Shown here in pieces: positions 1 to 9,776 of a stretch of 53,701 bases of DNA (its first letter is position 1; every line of letters starts with the position of its first letter). Made by a program: the position numbers and the translations under genes. Origin of the DNA: a bacterium (lineage in GTDB: Bacteria; SZUA-182; DTGQ01; JAFGSM01); NCBI GenBank assembly GCA_049472315.1, contig JBLIRN010000020.1, forward strand, positions 1-53,701, written 5' to 3'. The notes under the pieces are model-generated. The model worked only from the letters and a program-made list of their open reading frames with translations, did not search any database and had not been told where the DNA came from.

Positions 1-331
1 GAACATATTTCCGTATCGGCCATCCGTTGTGTCATGGTCTTTCTGAATGGTGCTGGGACGTAGGCTGCAGGAGGAAGCGCTCCGTATCCTTGATCATTTT
101 TCCCGCCCAATCCCTTCCATGCTCGATCCATGATGCCACGGGTGCCGTGAACGGGATCGGCATGGTCATGTCGTATAATATATTGTTTTGCATGGGATAA
201 GATGTAAATAAAAAAACTGATCACTATGGATTGCATTCGTGCATTGCATCTATACAGGATACAAGGAATATTTCTGCACAGTATGCTAACGGCCCTTTTT
301 TATTGCTATGTCTATGAATATCGTGGTCCTT

Positions 332-347
332 TGGCATCGCGTTTGCT
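332..347 (+). promoter_or_regulatory. sigma-54 -24/-12 promoter
   Basis: TGGCAT-CGCGT-TTGCT matches TGGCAC-N5-TTGCW with GG and GC 12 bp apart; about 80 bp upstream of ORF 427. Confidence 0.75.
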
Positions 348-426
348 TTGTATGCTCAATATCAGGACAACCGTAGGATAGAACTATTGGTATACAGGCC
401 AATAACAACAGGAAAGGAGGAGAACA

Positions 427-891
427 ATGTTAACCAAGGCGCAACGCATTAACATTTGCCTCTCCGTTTTTTTGGTAGTATTCCTGAGTGCAAGCGTGGT
501 GCATGCCGGGGGGATCATCGACGGCAGCACGGCCGCTGATTATTTGAACGCCCCTGCGGTGGGGGAGAGCGTCATCGGGTACATGATCGGTGAATACCTG
601 GGTCCCGATGTAACGTATATCCACGTATTCGTGCGCAGGTGCGAATGCCTCAAGAGGCTTTCCTACACGAGCGAAGGGGTGCTGGTCACCTATGCCCATG
701 TACTGACCAAGGAGGAGTTCGATGCCCTTGGGCCGGATACCCTGCTGGGCATGGTTGATGCCGATGGGCAGCTCACGGCCGCGCTGGCGGGCCAGTCGGG
801 GCTGATCGGGATCGTTGACCAGATCCTGGAGTATAAAAAGGACACAAATCGGTTTGCCGCGAGGGTAAGGATCAAATTCGTGGCCCAATAA
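427..891 (+). CDS. Exported hypothetical protein
   Basis: Strong RBS AAGGAGG; N-terminal signal peptide ending VVHA; no recognised domain. Confidence 0.8.
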   Translation: MLTKAQRINICLSVFLVVFLSASVVHAGGIIDGSTAADYLNAPAVGESVIGYMIGEYLGPDVTYIHVFVRRCECLKRLSYTSEGVLVTYAHVLTKEEFDALGPDTLLGMVDADGQLTAALAGQSGLIGIVDQILEYKKDTNRFAARVRIKFVAQ

Positions 892-996
892 TAGGGCCAC
901 TGCGGCACGTTCACCATAACGAGGCAATCCCATGAACGGTCCCGGGCCTTTCAGAGAGGGATGGTACAACGAAAGGCCTCGGGATGCTGAAAGGGA

Positions 997-3573
997 GTGA
1001 AACATATGAGAATAGGTAAAATGCCGTATATTCTCTTAATTGTCACTTACCTGGCATGTATGCTCCTGCTTGTGCAGAATGTGACCGATACCGGGAGGCA
1101 TGCGGCGGATACTCACGGAGCCCGCGCCATGGCCCAGTCATCTCCGTCACAGGAAGCCCGCAGCCATTCCACCCCCGCCTATGCCGCAAATGCGGCACCG
1201 GCACATCGATGGGGGAACTATGGCCGTTCTCACGGAGGCAGCGGCACAGCCGGGTTGTATCCCGAGGAATCCACACAGTACGTGCCGAGGGCACAGGTGA
1301 CCGCTGACGATGCACGGATTCGGACAGCGGGCACCTATCACCGCGAGCGCATACTGGTGAAATTTTCCCCTGAGGAGGCTGCCCATATACAGAAGGGATA
1401 TCGGCCGAATCTGCACGGAAGGCTTGGCCGTATGGTCTCCAGGGGGGGATTCTATGAGGTGTCCCCCGCTGAAGGAGAGTCGGTGGAGGAACTGCTGGAG
1501 CAGTACTGGACCGAACCGCCGGATGTGATCGAGTATGCCCAATTGGACTACGAGTGTACCGCGGTGCAGGACGCATCCTCCATTGATGCCTCGCTTATCG
1601 ATTTGGATCTTGTGAAGGATGATCCATATTTTGAACTCGATCCGAATGCCAAGGCGGAGATGACCATCACGGAATACATTCAGCTTGCCGAAGACCCGAA
1701 CCAGCAACGGGGGCTGATGTGGTTTTTGGACAGGTTGAACGTCGAACCCGCCTGGCAGGAAACCATTGGGGCACCGTCAGTGGTGGTCGCCCTCCTGGAT
1801 ACCGGGGTCGCGTACGAGGATTATGCAGTGCCCGAACATGAGGCGTTGCAGGTACAAAGCAGTACGTATGCAAAGGCCCCAAACATGGAGCTCACCCGTT
1901 TCTGGACCAATCCCGTGGAGGCCCCCGATAACGACGTTGACGATGACCTGAACGGGTATATCGATGACATCCACGGATACGATTTCGTGAACAAGGATGC
2001 GCACCCGAATGATACCAACGGCCATGGTACGCACCTTGCCGGTATCATCGCGGCGCACACCCTCGATCCCGAGACCGACACCGGCATCGCCCGGGAGTGC
2101 ACCCTCATGAACCTCAAGGTACTCGACCACCGGGGCATCGGCTACGCCTCCTCCATCGCCGAGGCAATATACTATGCGGTGGATCACGGGGCCAAGGTGA
2201 TCAACATGAGCCTGGCCTGGTCCCCTGGTGTCAATCCGGGGCCCATTGTACACGAGGCGATCGCCTACGCTGCCAATGCGGGCGTTGTGATGGCGGCGGG
2301 AACCGGAAACAACCTGGAGGACATGGTGTGCTTCCCTGCCGCGTATGCGGAGGTCATCGCGGTGGGAGGGACCGAATACAAGGACAAGCGGGCCTACTAT
2401 TCGAACTATGGCCCCCAGGTGGAGGTCGCCACGCCCGGCGGTTACCTCAGGAAGGATTTCAACAAGGACGGGTACGCCGACGGCATCCTGCAGCTTACCT
2501 ATGCAACCAGGTATCAGTTTGATTCGGTTCTCAAGGAGACCTTGTGCGATACCTCCCAGTTCGTATACCGGTTGATGCAGGGTACATCCATGGCCACCGC
2601 CGAGGTAACCGGCGTGGTCGGGCTGATGCTCTCCGCGAATCCAGCCCTCTCCACAAAGGATGTACGAATACTGCTGCGGGAGACCGCGCTGGACATCGGT
2701 TCCACCGGGTGGGACCAGGAGTTCGGCTATGGATTCGTTGATGCCGGCGCTGCTGTGTCGCGGGCAAAGGCGGGGCTGGTGGTTGACGCCGATGGCGACG
2801 GGTATGCATCCGTTGCCTCGGGAGGGGAGGACTGCGACGACAACGACCCGAGCATCTACCCCGGGGCCCCGGAGATCGCCAACGACGGGATCGACCAGGA
2901 CTGTAGCGGCATGGACCTCGTGGATGCCGATGGGGACGGATATTTTTCGGAACATTCAGGCGGCACGGACTGCGATGATAATGATCCGGACATCTACCCT
3001 GGGGCCATGGAGATCCCCAACGACGGGATCGACCAGGACTGCAGCGGTACGGACCTCGTGGACGCCGACGGGGACGGGTATGCATCGGTCGAAACGGGGG
3101 GCAGGGACTGCGATGACACGGATGTGACGATCAATCCCTCGGCCGTGGAGATCCCCAACGACGGGATCGATCAGGACTGCAGCGGTACGGACCTCGTTGA
3201 TGCCGACGAAGACGGGTATGCATCCGCCGATGCAGGGGGTACGGACTGCAATGACACCGACCCGAATGTGCATCCCGGTGCACCGGAGATACTCAACGAC
3301 GGCATCGATCAGGACTGCGATGGCGTGGACCTGATGGATCTGGATGGGGATGGCTACGCAGCCGTCGTCTCCGGAGGGGCCGACTGCAATGATCAAGACC
3401 CGGCCATCAATCCGGCTGCCGTGGAGATCGAGGGTGACGGCATCGACCAGAATTGCGACGGAACCGATCTGGTGAGCGTCAGTGCACCGGAGGATCCCTG
3501 CGGCGGTGATAACTTCGAAGGGGAGTGCGATAGCTGCTCCCGGGACGTCGAGATCGAGCTCGAATGCCCCTGA
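997..3573 (+). CDS. S8 subtilisin-family serine protease with C-terminal MopE-like Asp/Cys repeats
   Basis: Catalytic motifs [19 protein letters not shown]-terminal hydrophobic segment; five [17 protein letters not shown] repeats; start uncertain (997/1006/1021). Confidence 0.92.
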   Translation: MKHMRIGKMPYILLIVTYLACMLLLVQNVTDTGRHAADTHGARAMAQSSPSQEARSHSTPAYAANAAPAHRWGNYGRSHGGSGTAGLYPEESTQYVPRAQVTADDARIRTAGTYHRERILVKFSPEEAAHIQKGYRPNLHGRLGRMVSRGGFYEVSPAEGESVEELLEQYWTEPPDVIEYAQLDYECTAVQDASSIDASLIDLDLVKDDPYFELDPNAKAEMTITEYIQLAEDPNQQRGLMWFLDRLNVEPAWQETIGAPSVVVALLDTGVAYEDYAVPEHEALQVQSSTYAKAPNMELTRFWTNPVEAPDNDVDDDLNGYIDDIHGYDFVNKDAHPNDTNGHGTHLAGIIAAHTLDPETDTGIARECTLMNLKVLDHRGIGYASSIAEAIYYAVDHGAKVINMSLAWSPGVNPGPIVHEAIAYAANAGVVMAAGTGNNLEDMVCFPAAYAEVIAVGGTEYKDKRAYYSNYGPQVEVATPGGYLRKDFNKDGYADGILQLTYATRYQFDSVLKETLCDTSQFVYRLMQGTSMATAEVTGVVGLMLSANPALSTKDVRILLRETALDIGSTGWDQEFGYGFVDAGAAVSRAKAGLVVDADGDGYASVASGGEDCDDNDPSIYPGAPEIANDGIDQDCSGMDLVDADGDGYFSEHSGGTDCDDNDPDIYPGAMEIPNDGIDQDCSGTDLVDADGDGYASVETGGRDCDDTDVTINPSAVEIPNDGIDQDCSGTDLVDADEDGYASADAGGTDCNDTDPNVHPGAPEILNDGIDQDCDGVDLMDLDGDGYAAVVSGGADCNDQDPAINPAAVEIEGDGIDQNCDGTDLVSVSAPEDPCGGDNFEGECDSCSRDVEIELECP
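2782..3471 (+). repeat. Five 138-bp (46-aa) intragenic tandem repeats
   Basis: VDADGDGY...GG.DC.D.DP.I.P.A.EI..DGIDQ.C.G.DL repeated five times. Confidence 0.9.
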
Positions 3574-3591
3574 TGAATTAAGGTAAACAGC

Positions 3592-3644
3592 GGGGCATGA
3601 GGCGGCAGGCAATCGTTCCTGCCGCACCTCATGCCCCTTTTTTT
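3592..3644 (+). terminator. Rho-independent terminator
   Basis: GGGGCATGAGG-CGGCAGG ... CCTGCCG-CA-CCTCATGCCCC followed by T7, just after the S8 stop. Confidence 0.85.
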
Positions 3645-3652
3645 GTATGGCT

Positions 3653-4015
3653 TGGGGTCAGGTCTTGAATTATCAGTTTTTGTCTCGAAAAAAACAAAGT
3701 GGCTGGGGTCAGGTCTTGAATTATCAGTTTTTGTCTCGAAAATAGATTTACAGATTTACATGCTTCGTGGCGCCACAAAGTGGCATGAGCGTTTGCTCCG
3801 AAAATATCCCGTATTCATCTGAAAATATAGCATTTTTATAATTCGTGGCGCCCCGTAGGGGCATGAGGGTTTGTCTCGAAAATGGATTTTCATTATTCGT
3901 GGCGCCACAAGGTGGCATGAGCGTTTGTCTTGAAAATAGATTTTCATGCTTCGTGGTGCCACAAGGCGGCAAGAGGGTTTCTTGTGAAAAACTGACAATT
4001 CAAGACCTGACCCCA
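3653..4015. mobile_element. Non-autonomous MITE/REPIN-like element with 29-bp terminal inverted repeats
   Basis: TGGGGTCAGGTCTTGAATTATCAGTTTTT at 3653 and again at 3704; inverted copy AAAAACTGACAATTCAAGACCTGACCCCA at 3987-4015 (one mismatch); no transposase inside. Confidence 0.7.
3764..3985. repeat. Four copies of a ~54-bp unit containing palindromes
   Basis: TTCGTGG(C/T)GCC.C...G.GGCA.GAG.GTTT starts at 3764, 3842, 3896, 3950 (spacing 78, 54, 54). Confidence 0.85.
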
Positions 4016-4061
4016 TTTTGTGTATGGATGGTGGAATGGCTGCACGGGACAGAGAGGGGTA

Positions 4062-4283
4062 TTACAGTCCCTGAACGATGATCAGAAGAAGGGAGAGGAT
4101 CCCGCACAGGGCGACAATTCCGCCGGTGATGTGGGTCTTGATGATCTCGCGTCTCATGGAAACCGGCTCCATATGCCAGTTGATATACCTGTTCAGAGTG
4201 ATTTGCAGGTTGATCGCCCTTTTGGGCTGGAGCGCCAGAAATGCCCCGTAGATCATGGTGATGACGGGAATCGCAAATCGCAT
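4062..4283 (-). CDS. Small membrane protein with two hydrophobic segments
   Basis: MRFAIPVITMIYGAFLAL...GGIVALCGILSLLLIIVQGL; G-rich RBS before ATG 4283; downstream of rtcA on the same strand. Confidence 0.6.
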   Translation of the reverse strand: MRFAIPVITMIYGAFLALQPKRAINLQITLNRYINWHMEPVSMRREIIKTHITGGIVALCGILSLLLIIVQGL

Positions 4284-4380
4284 TGCGTGAATCCCCCCCT
4301 GTGTGAGATATGCCGGCCGCATTCTATGGGCCGTACCCTTCCTCTATCCTTAATCGGAAAAATCACCGGGATTGATCCCG

Positions 4381-5448
4381 TCACGTCCGCACGCACGAGG
4401 ACCGCTCAAAACCGATCCCTCCTATGCTGATGCGCCCCTTCTCAACCCTGACCTGTGCATCCAGGATGTGTTCGACCAGCCACAGGTTGGCATCGATGTG
4501 GTCATTCATGGCCGGGATCACGTATTCGGTCTCCCCTTCGGCCAGTGCCGCATATAGGATCAACTGATCCGCAGTATGGCGATCCACCGTCGCACCTGCC
4601 CGTATATCCTCCAGGAGGGCCTGTGCGACCCGGGCGCCTATATATTCAGCGCTTCGTCCGATCTTGCCCGCCATATCGGCGCCGATGATACACCCGGTAT
4701 CGGTTTTCGCACTGATGAAGAGTCCCGCCCCCGGCTGATTCGAGGTGTGGTCTTCAATAGTGGTTATTTCGGAGGGATACCCCGATTCTTTGAGCGTCTT
4801 TGTGCAGGCGTCCGCCATCCTTTGGCTTACCCGTCTTTCTGTGAGATGGGAGGCGACGGCAATCCCGCTGATGCCGGTGATGCGCCCCTGCCTGGGCAGA
4901 CGGACGGGTTTAAGCCTTCCGATAACCGGCTCGACATCCAGCCGGACCGTTCCACCGCCACGGGGGACATAGCCCGGCTGTATGACGCGCAGATCGGCGG
5001 TGATACCGTAACGGTTCAGAAGGGGTAACAGGACGTGCCCCGTATGGAAGGCATTGGGTGCGAAATCCTGAAATACCCCGCCGGATATGGTATAATAGGA
5101 TTTTTGACCAGCGAAGCATCCCAGCGGGAGGAGGCAGAGGGCCATCATGGTGGTGGACCCCGCAGTTCCTATATCCCAGTTGAATTCGCCGTGCCGGATC
5201 ACCTCCCCCGGCGTATAGACAATCTCGCTCGAGCCCACCGCCGCCCTCTCCGCCGTTCCGCCGGTGAGCATGCAACAGGCCTCAACCGCCTTCAGGTGCT
5301 GGGGACGGAGCCCGGGCTTTCTCCTTTTGGCCCGTATGTTGCGCATGCGGAGCTCTCTTCGGAGAATGGATGCAAGGGAGAGGCAATGCCGCACAATGGT
5401 GCCGCTCCCGGATTTGAGTGATCCGTCGATGTCGATGATTTCTCTCAT
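4381..5448 (-). CDS. rtcA: RNA 3'-terminal phosphate cyclase
   Basis: IDGS..SGSG..R, NIRAKR.KPGLRPQH, IGTAGS, GY.PRGGG, VD.H.ADQL and catalytic His region MNDHIDAN; start moved to ATG 5448. Confidence 0.95.
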   Translation of the reverse strand: MREIIDIDGSLKSGSGTIVRHCLSLASILRRELRMRNIRAKRRKPGLRPQHLKAVEACCMLTGGTAERAAVGSSEIVYTPGEVIRHGEFNWDIGTAGSTTMMALCLLPLGCFAGQKSYYTISGGVFQDFAPNAFHTGHVLLPLLNRYGITADLRVIQPGYVPRGGGTVRLDVEPVIGRLKPVRLPRQGRITGISGIAVASHLTERRVSQRMADACTKTLKESGYPSEITTIEDHTSNQPGAGLFISAKTDTGCIIGADMAGKIGRSAEYIGARVAQALLEDIRAGATVDRHTADQLILYAALAEGETEYVIPAMNDHIDANLWLVEHILDAQVRVEKGRISIGGIGFERSSCVRT

Positions 5449-5589
5449 GGTCGTGCACCTTGCCTTGTACAGGGCCGGGGCGCCTGTGTACCCATTGCGG
5501 AAATGAAAAGGATTCCCTGGAAATCCCCGGGCGGCCTTTGACAGCAGCACGAATCTGCCTTGTTGTAACCGGTATTGTATGATAAAACA

Positions 5590-5795
5590 ACCACCGGACA
5601 AAGGCAAAGGAAGGGATGTTGCCCATGCTTGCATGGGCAAGGCTCTGACCGAACATCGTGTGAACTACGCATCCCAGCCTTGGGGGAAACGGCCGACCAT
5701 CGGAACGTACCTCAGGTTGTATGCGTAGGAGGTGAATGTTAGATATGCGAAGCTAGCCTCATAGGTCATTGGACGGGGCATTCGTAACGGCAGTG
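5590..5795. ncRNA. Candidate structured RNA or leader (unassigned)
   Basis: Nested inverted repeats CTACGCAT/ATGCGTAG, CAGCCT/AGGTTG, AGGCT/AGCCT, plus a separate 10-bp hairpin at 5619-5640; minus-strand promoter-like signal just upstream. Confidence 0.3.
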
Positions 5796-5799
5796 AACA

Positions 5800-5829
5800 A
5801 TTATAGTATTCAATAAAAAGAATATTCAA
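5800..5829 (-). promoter_or_regulatory. sigma-70-like promoter facing the rtcA leader
   Basis: TTGAAT-N18-TATAAT on the minus strand. Confidence 0.5.
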
Positions 5830-5837
5830 TATTGACG

Positions 5838-5867
5838 TTGACAGAATCTACGACGGTTCGTTATACT
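5838..5867 (+). promoter_or_regulatory. sigma-70-like promoter
   Basis: TTGACA-N18-TATACT upstream of the 5933 gene. Confidence 0.6.
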
Positions 5868-5932
5868 GTTCATAGGATGAAGAAATTATGTTGATTTTTC
5901 ATACCATTAATGCAATTCACACGGAGGTCGCG

Positions 5933-7222
5933 ATGCATAAACGGAATGTCGTGTATATACTTTACAGTCTCGCGGTTATCGGCATGGTGTGCTGGTTTCC
6001 GTTACGGGCCCGGTGCGAGGAGCCTTCAGCCCCCCAAAAAAAGATGATCACCTGGGGAAGGACGTTCGGGGGGAGGCATATCGATGTCGCCCATGCGATT
6101 AAACAGACCTCGGACGGCGGCTATATCCTTGCCGGTGAGACGTTTTCGTTCGGCTCGGGAAAGAGTGATGCCTATGTCCTCAAGCTGGATGCCAAGGGAA
6201 ACAAGGTATGGGAACAATATTATGGAGGCGATGATACGGATGGCGCTGAATCCGTCTGCCAGACGTCCGACGGCGGCTATATAGTAGCAGGAGGTACCCA
6301 GTCCGCCGGCGCAGGGAAGTGCGATGTCTATGCCCTCAAACTGGATGCCAAGGGAGACAGGGTGTGGGAAAAGACGCTCGGAGGCACGGAATGGGATATT
6401 GCCCATTCCGTGGACCAGGCCTCCGATGGGGGGTATATTGTTGCAGGCGAATCCCAGTCCTTTGGATCGGGCAAGGGTGATGCCTATGTGCTGAAGCTCG
6501 ATCCCAACGGCAAGACGGTCTGGGACAAGACGTTTAACGGGAACGGCGCAGCACGGGCCCATGATGTCAAGCAGACGTCGGACGGGGGGTATATCCTGGC
6601 CGGGACCACCTATTCATTCGGCTCCGGCAGCGGGGAGGCCTATCTCGTCAAGCTGGACGGCTCGGGGAACAAGGTGTGGGAGAAGATGTTCGGCGGCAAG
6701 GGACGGGGTTCGGCCCGATCCGTTCAACAAACCTCCGATGGCGGCTATATCATCGGGGGCCAGGTTTCCTCGTCCGAGCTCGGGCAGGGGGATGCCTTAG
6801 TCATACGCCTGGATGGCCAGGGGAAGATCACCTGGGAAAAGACCTTCGGCATCAAGGACCTGGATGCTGCATCCTTTGTCTCCGAAAAAGACGCCAAAGG
6901 GGCGAATGCCTTTTCCGTCATTCAGGCCTCCGAGGGTGGCTTCGTCCTGGCCATCTCCACGTACACCAAGCTATCCATCGCGGATGCCTATCTCCTGAAG
7001 GTGGATGGCGACGGTAATAAGGTCTGGGCCACAACGTTCGGGGTAAGGGATCTGGATGATGAATACGCCAGCCGGTTCACCAGGGCCGCCTGTGTATATC
7101 CCCATGCGCTCCTGCAGACCTCCGACGGCGGCTATATGGTTGCCGGCGGCATCGTTGACAGGAGGGAGGGGATCTCCGATATCTATGTTATCAAGACCGA
7201 TAAAGAGGGAACGGTTAAGTAG
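5933..7222 (+). CDS. Exported beta-propeller-type repeat protein (QTSDGGYI repeats)
   Basis: About seven ~50-aa repeats W.KTFGG...D.A.SV.QTSDGGYI.AG...DAY.LKLD..G; signal peptide; RBS GGAGG before ATG 5933. Confidence 0.85.
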   Translation: MHKRNVVYILYSLAVIGMVCWFPLRARCEEPSAPQKKMITWGRTFGGRHIDVAHAIKQTSDGGYILAGETFSFGSGKSDAYVLKLDAKGNKVWEQYYGGDDTDGAESVCQTSDGGYIVAGGTQSAGAGKCDVYALKLDAKGDRVWEKTLGGTEWDIAHSVDQASDGGYIVAGESQSFGSGKGDAYVLKLDPNGKTVWDKTFNGNGAARAHDVKQTSDGGYILAGTTYSFGSGSGEAYLVKLDGSGNKVWEKMFGGKGRGSARSVQQTSDGGYIIGGQVSSSELGQGDALVIRLDGQGKITWEKTFGIKDLDAASFVSEKDAKGANAFSVIQASEGGFVLAISTYTKLSIADAYLLKVDGDGNKVWATTFGVRDLDDEYASRFTRAACVYPHALLQTSDGGYMVAGGIVDRREGISDIYVIKTDKEGTVK

Positions 7223-7236
7223 GACGAGGTATCCCG

Positions 7237-8532
7237 TCAAAAGAGCCGGACTTCGATCTCGTCACCTTCATAGGCCCCTTCCGCATCCGCGGGGATTCTG
7301 AACATTCCGTGTGCCTTGATCAGGGGGGAGATGAGCCCGGATTTCCCGAACAGGGGGGTTGCCAGCAAACGTTCATCCTGTCCGGTTAACGCCACCCGCA
7401 CAAAGTCCTCCTTCCCCGGCGAGGAGGGGACGTTTCTTGTGAGGATTGCCGTGAGGGTATGAGCGCTGTGTTCCAGGGTTGACTCCAGCGGTGAAAGGCA
7501 GAGTCCGGATAGCCGGTGTACCAGGGGCCGGACGATTGCCTGTGCAACGACCATGGCGGATGCGGGATGGCCGGGCAGGCCGATGATGGGGACCGTCCCT
7601 GACTGACCGATAATGGTGGGCTTGCCGGGACGTATGGAAAGGCCGTGGACCAATACACCCGGAGGGCCGAGGTCAGTGATGACCTGGAAGGTATAGTCCC
7701 TGGTTCCCACGGAACTCCCGCCGGATATGAGCACGCAATCCGCCAGGGCAAGGGCGGCGCCGACCCTGTCTCGCAGTTCCCACGGATCATCGGGGCAAAT
7801 GCCGAGGCTGCGGGGCTCTCCCCCTGATTCCCTCACCACGGCGGCAAGGGTATATGCGTTGATATCCCTCACCTTCCCCTTTTCAGGGAACCGGTCCACC
7901 GGGCACACCTCGGGGCCGGTGGAGAGAATGGCTATCGACGGCCTTCTGAAGACCGCCACCGTGGTCATCCCCAATCCCGCGAGGATGCCGATGTCCTGTG
8001 ACCTGAGCTGATGTCCCTTCGGAAACAGGGACTCCCCCTTTCGTATATCCTCCCCGCGCTGGATGACATTCTCACCCGGGGCCACTGCCCGGGTCACCTC
8101 GATCATATTCCCCTTCTCTCCTTGACAGGGCTGGGTATATTCCACCATGACCACGCCGTCGACGCCCTCGGGGAGCATTCCCCCGGTGGGAATCCGTATG
8201 GCTGCATTGTGGGGGAGGGCGAACCGAGGTATTCTTTTCCCCCGGGGGTCCATAACCTTGCCGGAGCCCATCATGACCTCACCAAGCACCTCCAGATAGA
8301 TGGGGGTACCCTCGGAAGCGCCGAACGTATCGGCTGCGCGCACGGCATAGCCGTCCACCGTGGATTTGACGAAGAGGGGGAGATCCTCCGGGGCCTGCAA
8401 TTCGCACACGGTGATCCTGCCCAGAACCGCATCCAGGGGAATGATCTCGGCGCTCGTGCCCAGGGGGACATGGGTGCGGATCACCTCATAGGCGTCTTCC
8501 AGGGTGGTGGTTTCAAGAAATTCTCCGGACAT
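7237..8532 (-). CDS. moeA: Molybdopterin molybdotransferase MoeA
   Basis: KSTVDGYAVRA, IPTGGMLPEG.D.VVMVE, ISGGSSVG.RD, IRPGKPT, GLPG.P.SA. Confidence 0.95.
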   Translation of the reverse strand: MSGEFLETTTLEDAYEVIRTHVPLGTSAEIIPLDAVLGRITVCELQAPEDLPLFVKSTVDGYAVRAADTFGASEGTPIYLEVLGEVMMGSGKVMDPRGKRIPRFALPHNAAIRIPTGGMLPEGVDGVVMVEYTQPCQGEKGNMIEVTRAVAPGENVIQRGEDIRKGESLFPKGHQLRSQDIGILAGLGMTTVAVFRRPSIAILSTGPEVCPVDRFPEKGKVRDINAYTLAAVVRESGGEPRSLGICPDDPWELRDRVGAALALADCVLISGGSSVGTRDYTFQVITDLGPPGVLVHGLSIRPGKPTIIGQSGTVPIIGLPGHPASAMVVAQAIVRPLVHRLSGLCLSPLESTLEHSAHTLTAILTRNVPSSPGKEDFVRVALTGQDERLLATPLFGKSGLISPLIKAHGMFRIPADAEGAYEGDEIEVRLF

Positions 8533-9284
8533 TATGTGCCTGCGGCGCTCTCTTGTTTTTCCTGCCTTTTCCGGTAGGTGGCACGGCAGACCACCACGCT
8601 TATCTCATAGAGAAACAGGAGGGGGATCGCCATGAGGATCTGGGTGACCACATCGGGAGGGGTAAGGATGGCGGAGAGGATGAAGATGATCAGGACGGCG
8701 TATTTTCTGTTTTTGGTCAGCATCGCCGGTTTCATAATGCCTATTTGGGTGAGAAAGAGGATGATCAGGGGGAGCTCGAAGATGATTCCGAATACCAGGA
8801 TGAGGCGGGCGACAAACCCGATATAGTAGCCGATGGTGATGTTGGCGGTAAGGGAGGAGGTCTTATAGGTGAGAAGGAAGCGAAGCCCGAGGGGGAGTAT
8901 GAGGAAGTATGCAAAGAGGGCCCCACCCACGAAGGATAGGGTGGAGAAGATGACAAAGGGCAAGGTATGTTTCCGCTCAAGGATTTTCAGCCCTGGGGAG
9001 ATGAATTCCCACACATGATAGAGTATGAAGGGGACGCAGAGGGCAAGGGCCGCAAAGAAGCCCAGTTTGAGGTGGGCAAAGAAGGCCTCGGTCGGTGAAA
9101 TGAATATGAGGTCGAAATCCTTTATGGGGGCCCGGAGGAGGTCCAGGATCGACTCGGAAAGGTAGAAGCAAATGACAAAGAGTATGGCGAGGAATATTAT
9201 GATCCTGATGAGGCGGTAGCGAATCTCCCCGAGGTGCGAGGTGAAGGGAAGCCTTTCATCAAACTCGACCTTTTTGAGCTTCAT
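8532..9284 (-). CDS. tatC: Twin-arginine translocase subunit TatC
   Basis: SHL.E.R.RL, SPTEAF, FISPGL...E, FELP, AILTPPD; multiple TM helices. Confidence 0.96.
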   Translation of the reverse strand: MKLKKVEFDERLPFTSHLGEIRYRLIRIIIFLAILFVICFYLSESILDLLRAPIKDFDLIFISPTEAFFAHLKLGFFAALALCVPFILYHVWEFISPGLKILERKHTLPFVIFSTLSFVGGALFAYFLILPLGLRFLLTYKTSSLTANITIGYYIGFVARLILVFGIIFELPLIILFLTQIGIMKPAMLTKNRKYAVLIIFILSAILTPPDVVTQILMAIPLLFLYEISVVVCRATYRKRQEKQESAAGT

Positions 9285-9287
9285 CGG

Positions 9288-9626
9288 TCAGACATGGTCG
9301 TCGGATGTTGTGTGGTCAATAGAGGGGGAAGGGGGCGCCTCGTCCGCCACAGGCCCCTGGTCCGGTTCTACGGAGGGGGCAGGTTCCCCGGCCTGTTGTC
9401 CGTCCTTCGGCTTGATCTGCTCATCCACCTTTTTGAGAAGTTTCGACTTCTCCTCTTCCGCCTTTAGGTCCTCATGGATGGTATTTCTGAAATCCTCTGC
9501 CGTTCGTTTAAATTCCGCCAATCCCTTCCCGAGTGTCCTGGCAAGCTCGGGAAGCTTGTCTGGACCGATGACCAGCAGGGCGATCACGAGGATGACAATG
9601 AGCTCGGTCATGCCGATTCCAAACAT
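9288..9626 (-). CDS. tatB: Twin-arginine translocase subunit, TatB/TatA family
   Basis: MFGIG..EL..I..IAL.V.GP.KLPE.AR.LGK...EFK; immediately upstream of tatC. Confidence 0.88.
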   Translation of the reverse strand: MFGIGMTELIVILVIALLVIGPDKLPELARTLGKGLAEFKRTAEDFRNTIHEDLKAEEEKSKLLKKVDEQIKPKDGQQAGEPAPSVEPDQGPVADEAPPSPSIDHTTSDDHV

Positions 9627-9747
9627 ATAAGGCAACCTCTCACGTGGGCGACAAATATTCAGGAATGTTTACCACGCTTTGATTTTTAGTCATGGCATCA
9701 ATCGAGGAACATCCCGATGGGCGCGTAAATTTCCATAAGACGGTGAT

Positions 9748-9776
9748 ATTGTATGGCAGGTGAGTATTAAAGTCAA
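9748..9776 (-). promoter_or_regulatory. sigma-70-like promoter of the tat-moeA operon
   Basis: TTGACT-N17-TACAAT on the minus strand. Confidence 0.6.

Noticed and set aside
1..180. Possible 5' end of a minus-strand gene at the window edge
   Set aside because: Too little sequence to establish the frame or product.
1777..2955. Long antisense ORFs here and at 20221-21327, 25020-26117 and 37658-38686
   Set aside because: Antisense shadows of well-supported GC-rich genes.
3764..3985. CRISPR array
   Set aside because: The intervening sequences resemble each other rather than being unique spacers, the repeats are degenerate, and no cas genes are present.
3631..4081. Short ORFs across the repeat element
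   Set aside because: They are translations of the DNA repeats in several frames on both strands, with no protein-level signal.
5449..5640. N-terminal extension of RtcA; similar extensions for aor (23135) and the beta-helix gene (51042)
   Set aside because: Homology or the signal peptide begins at downstream ATGs.
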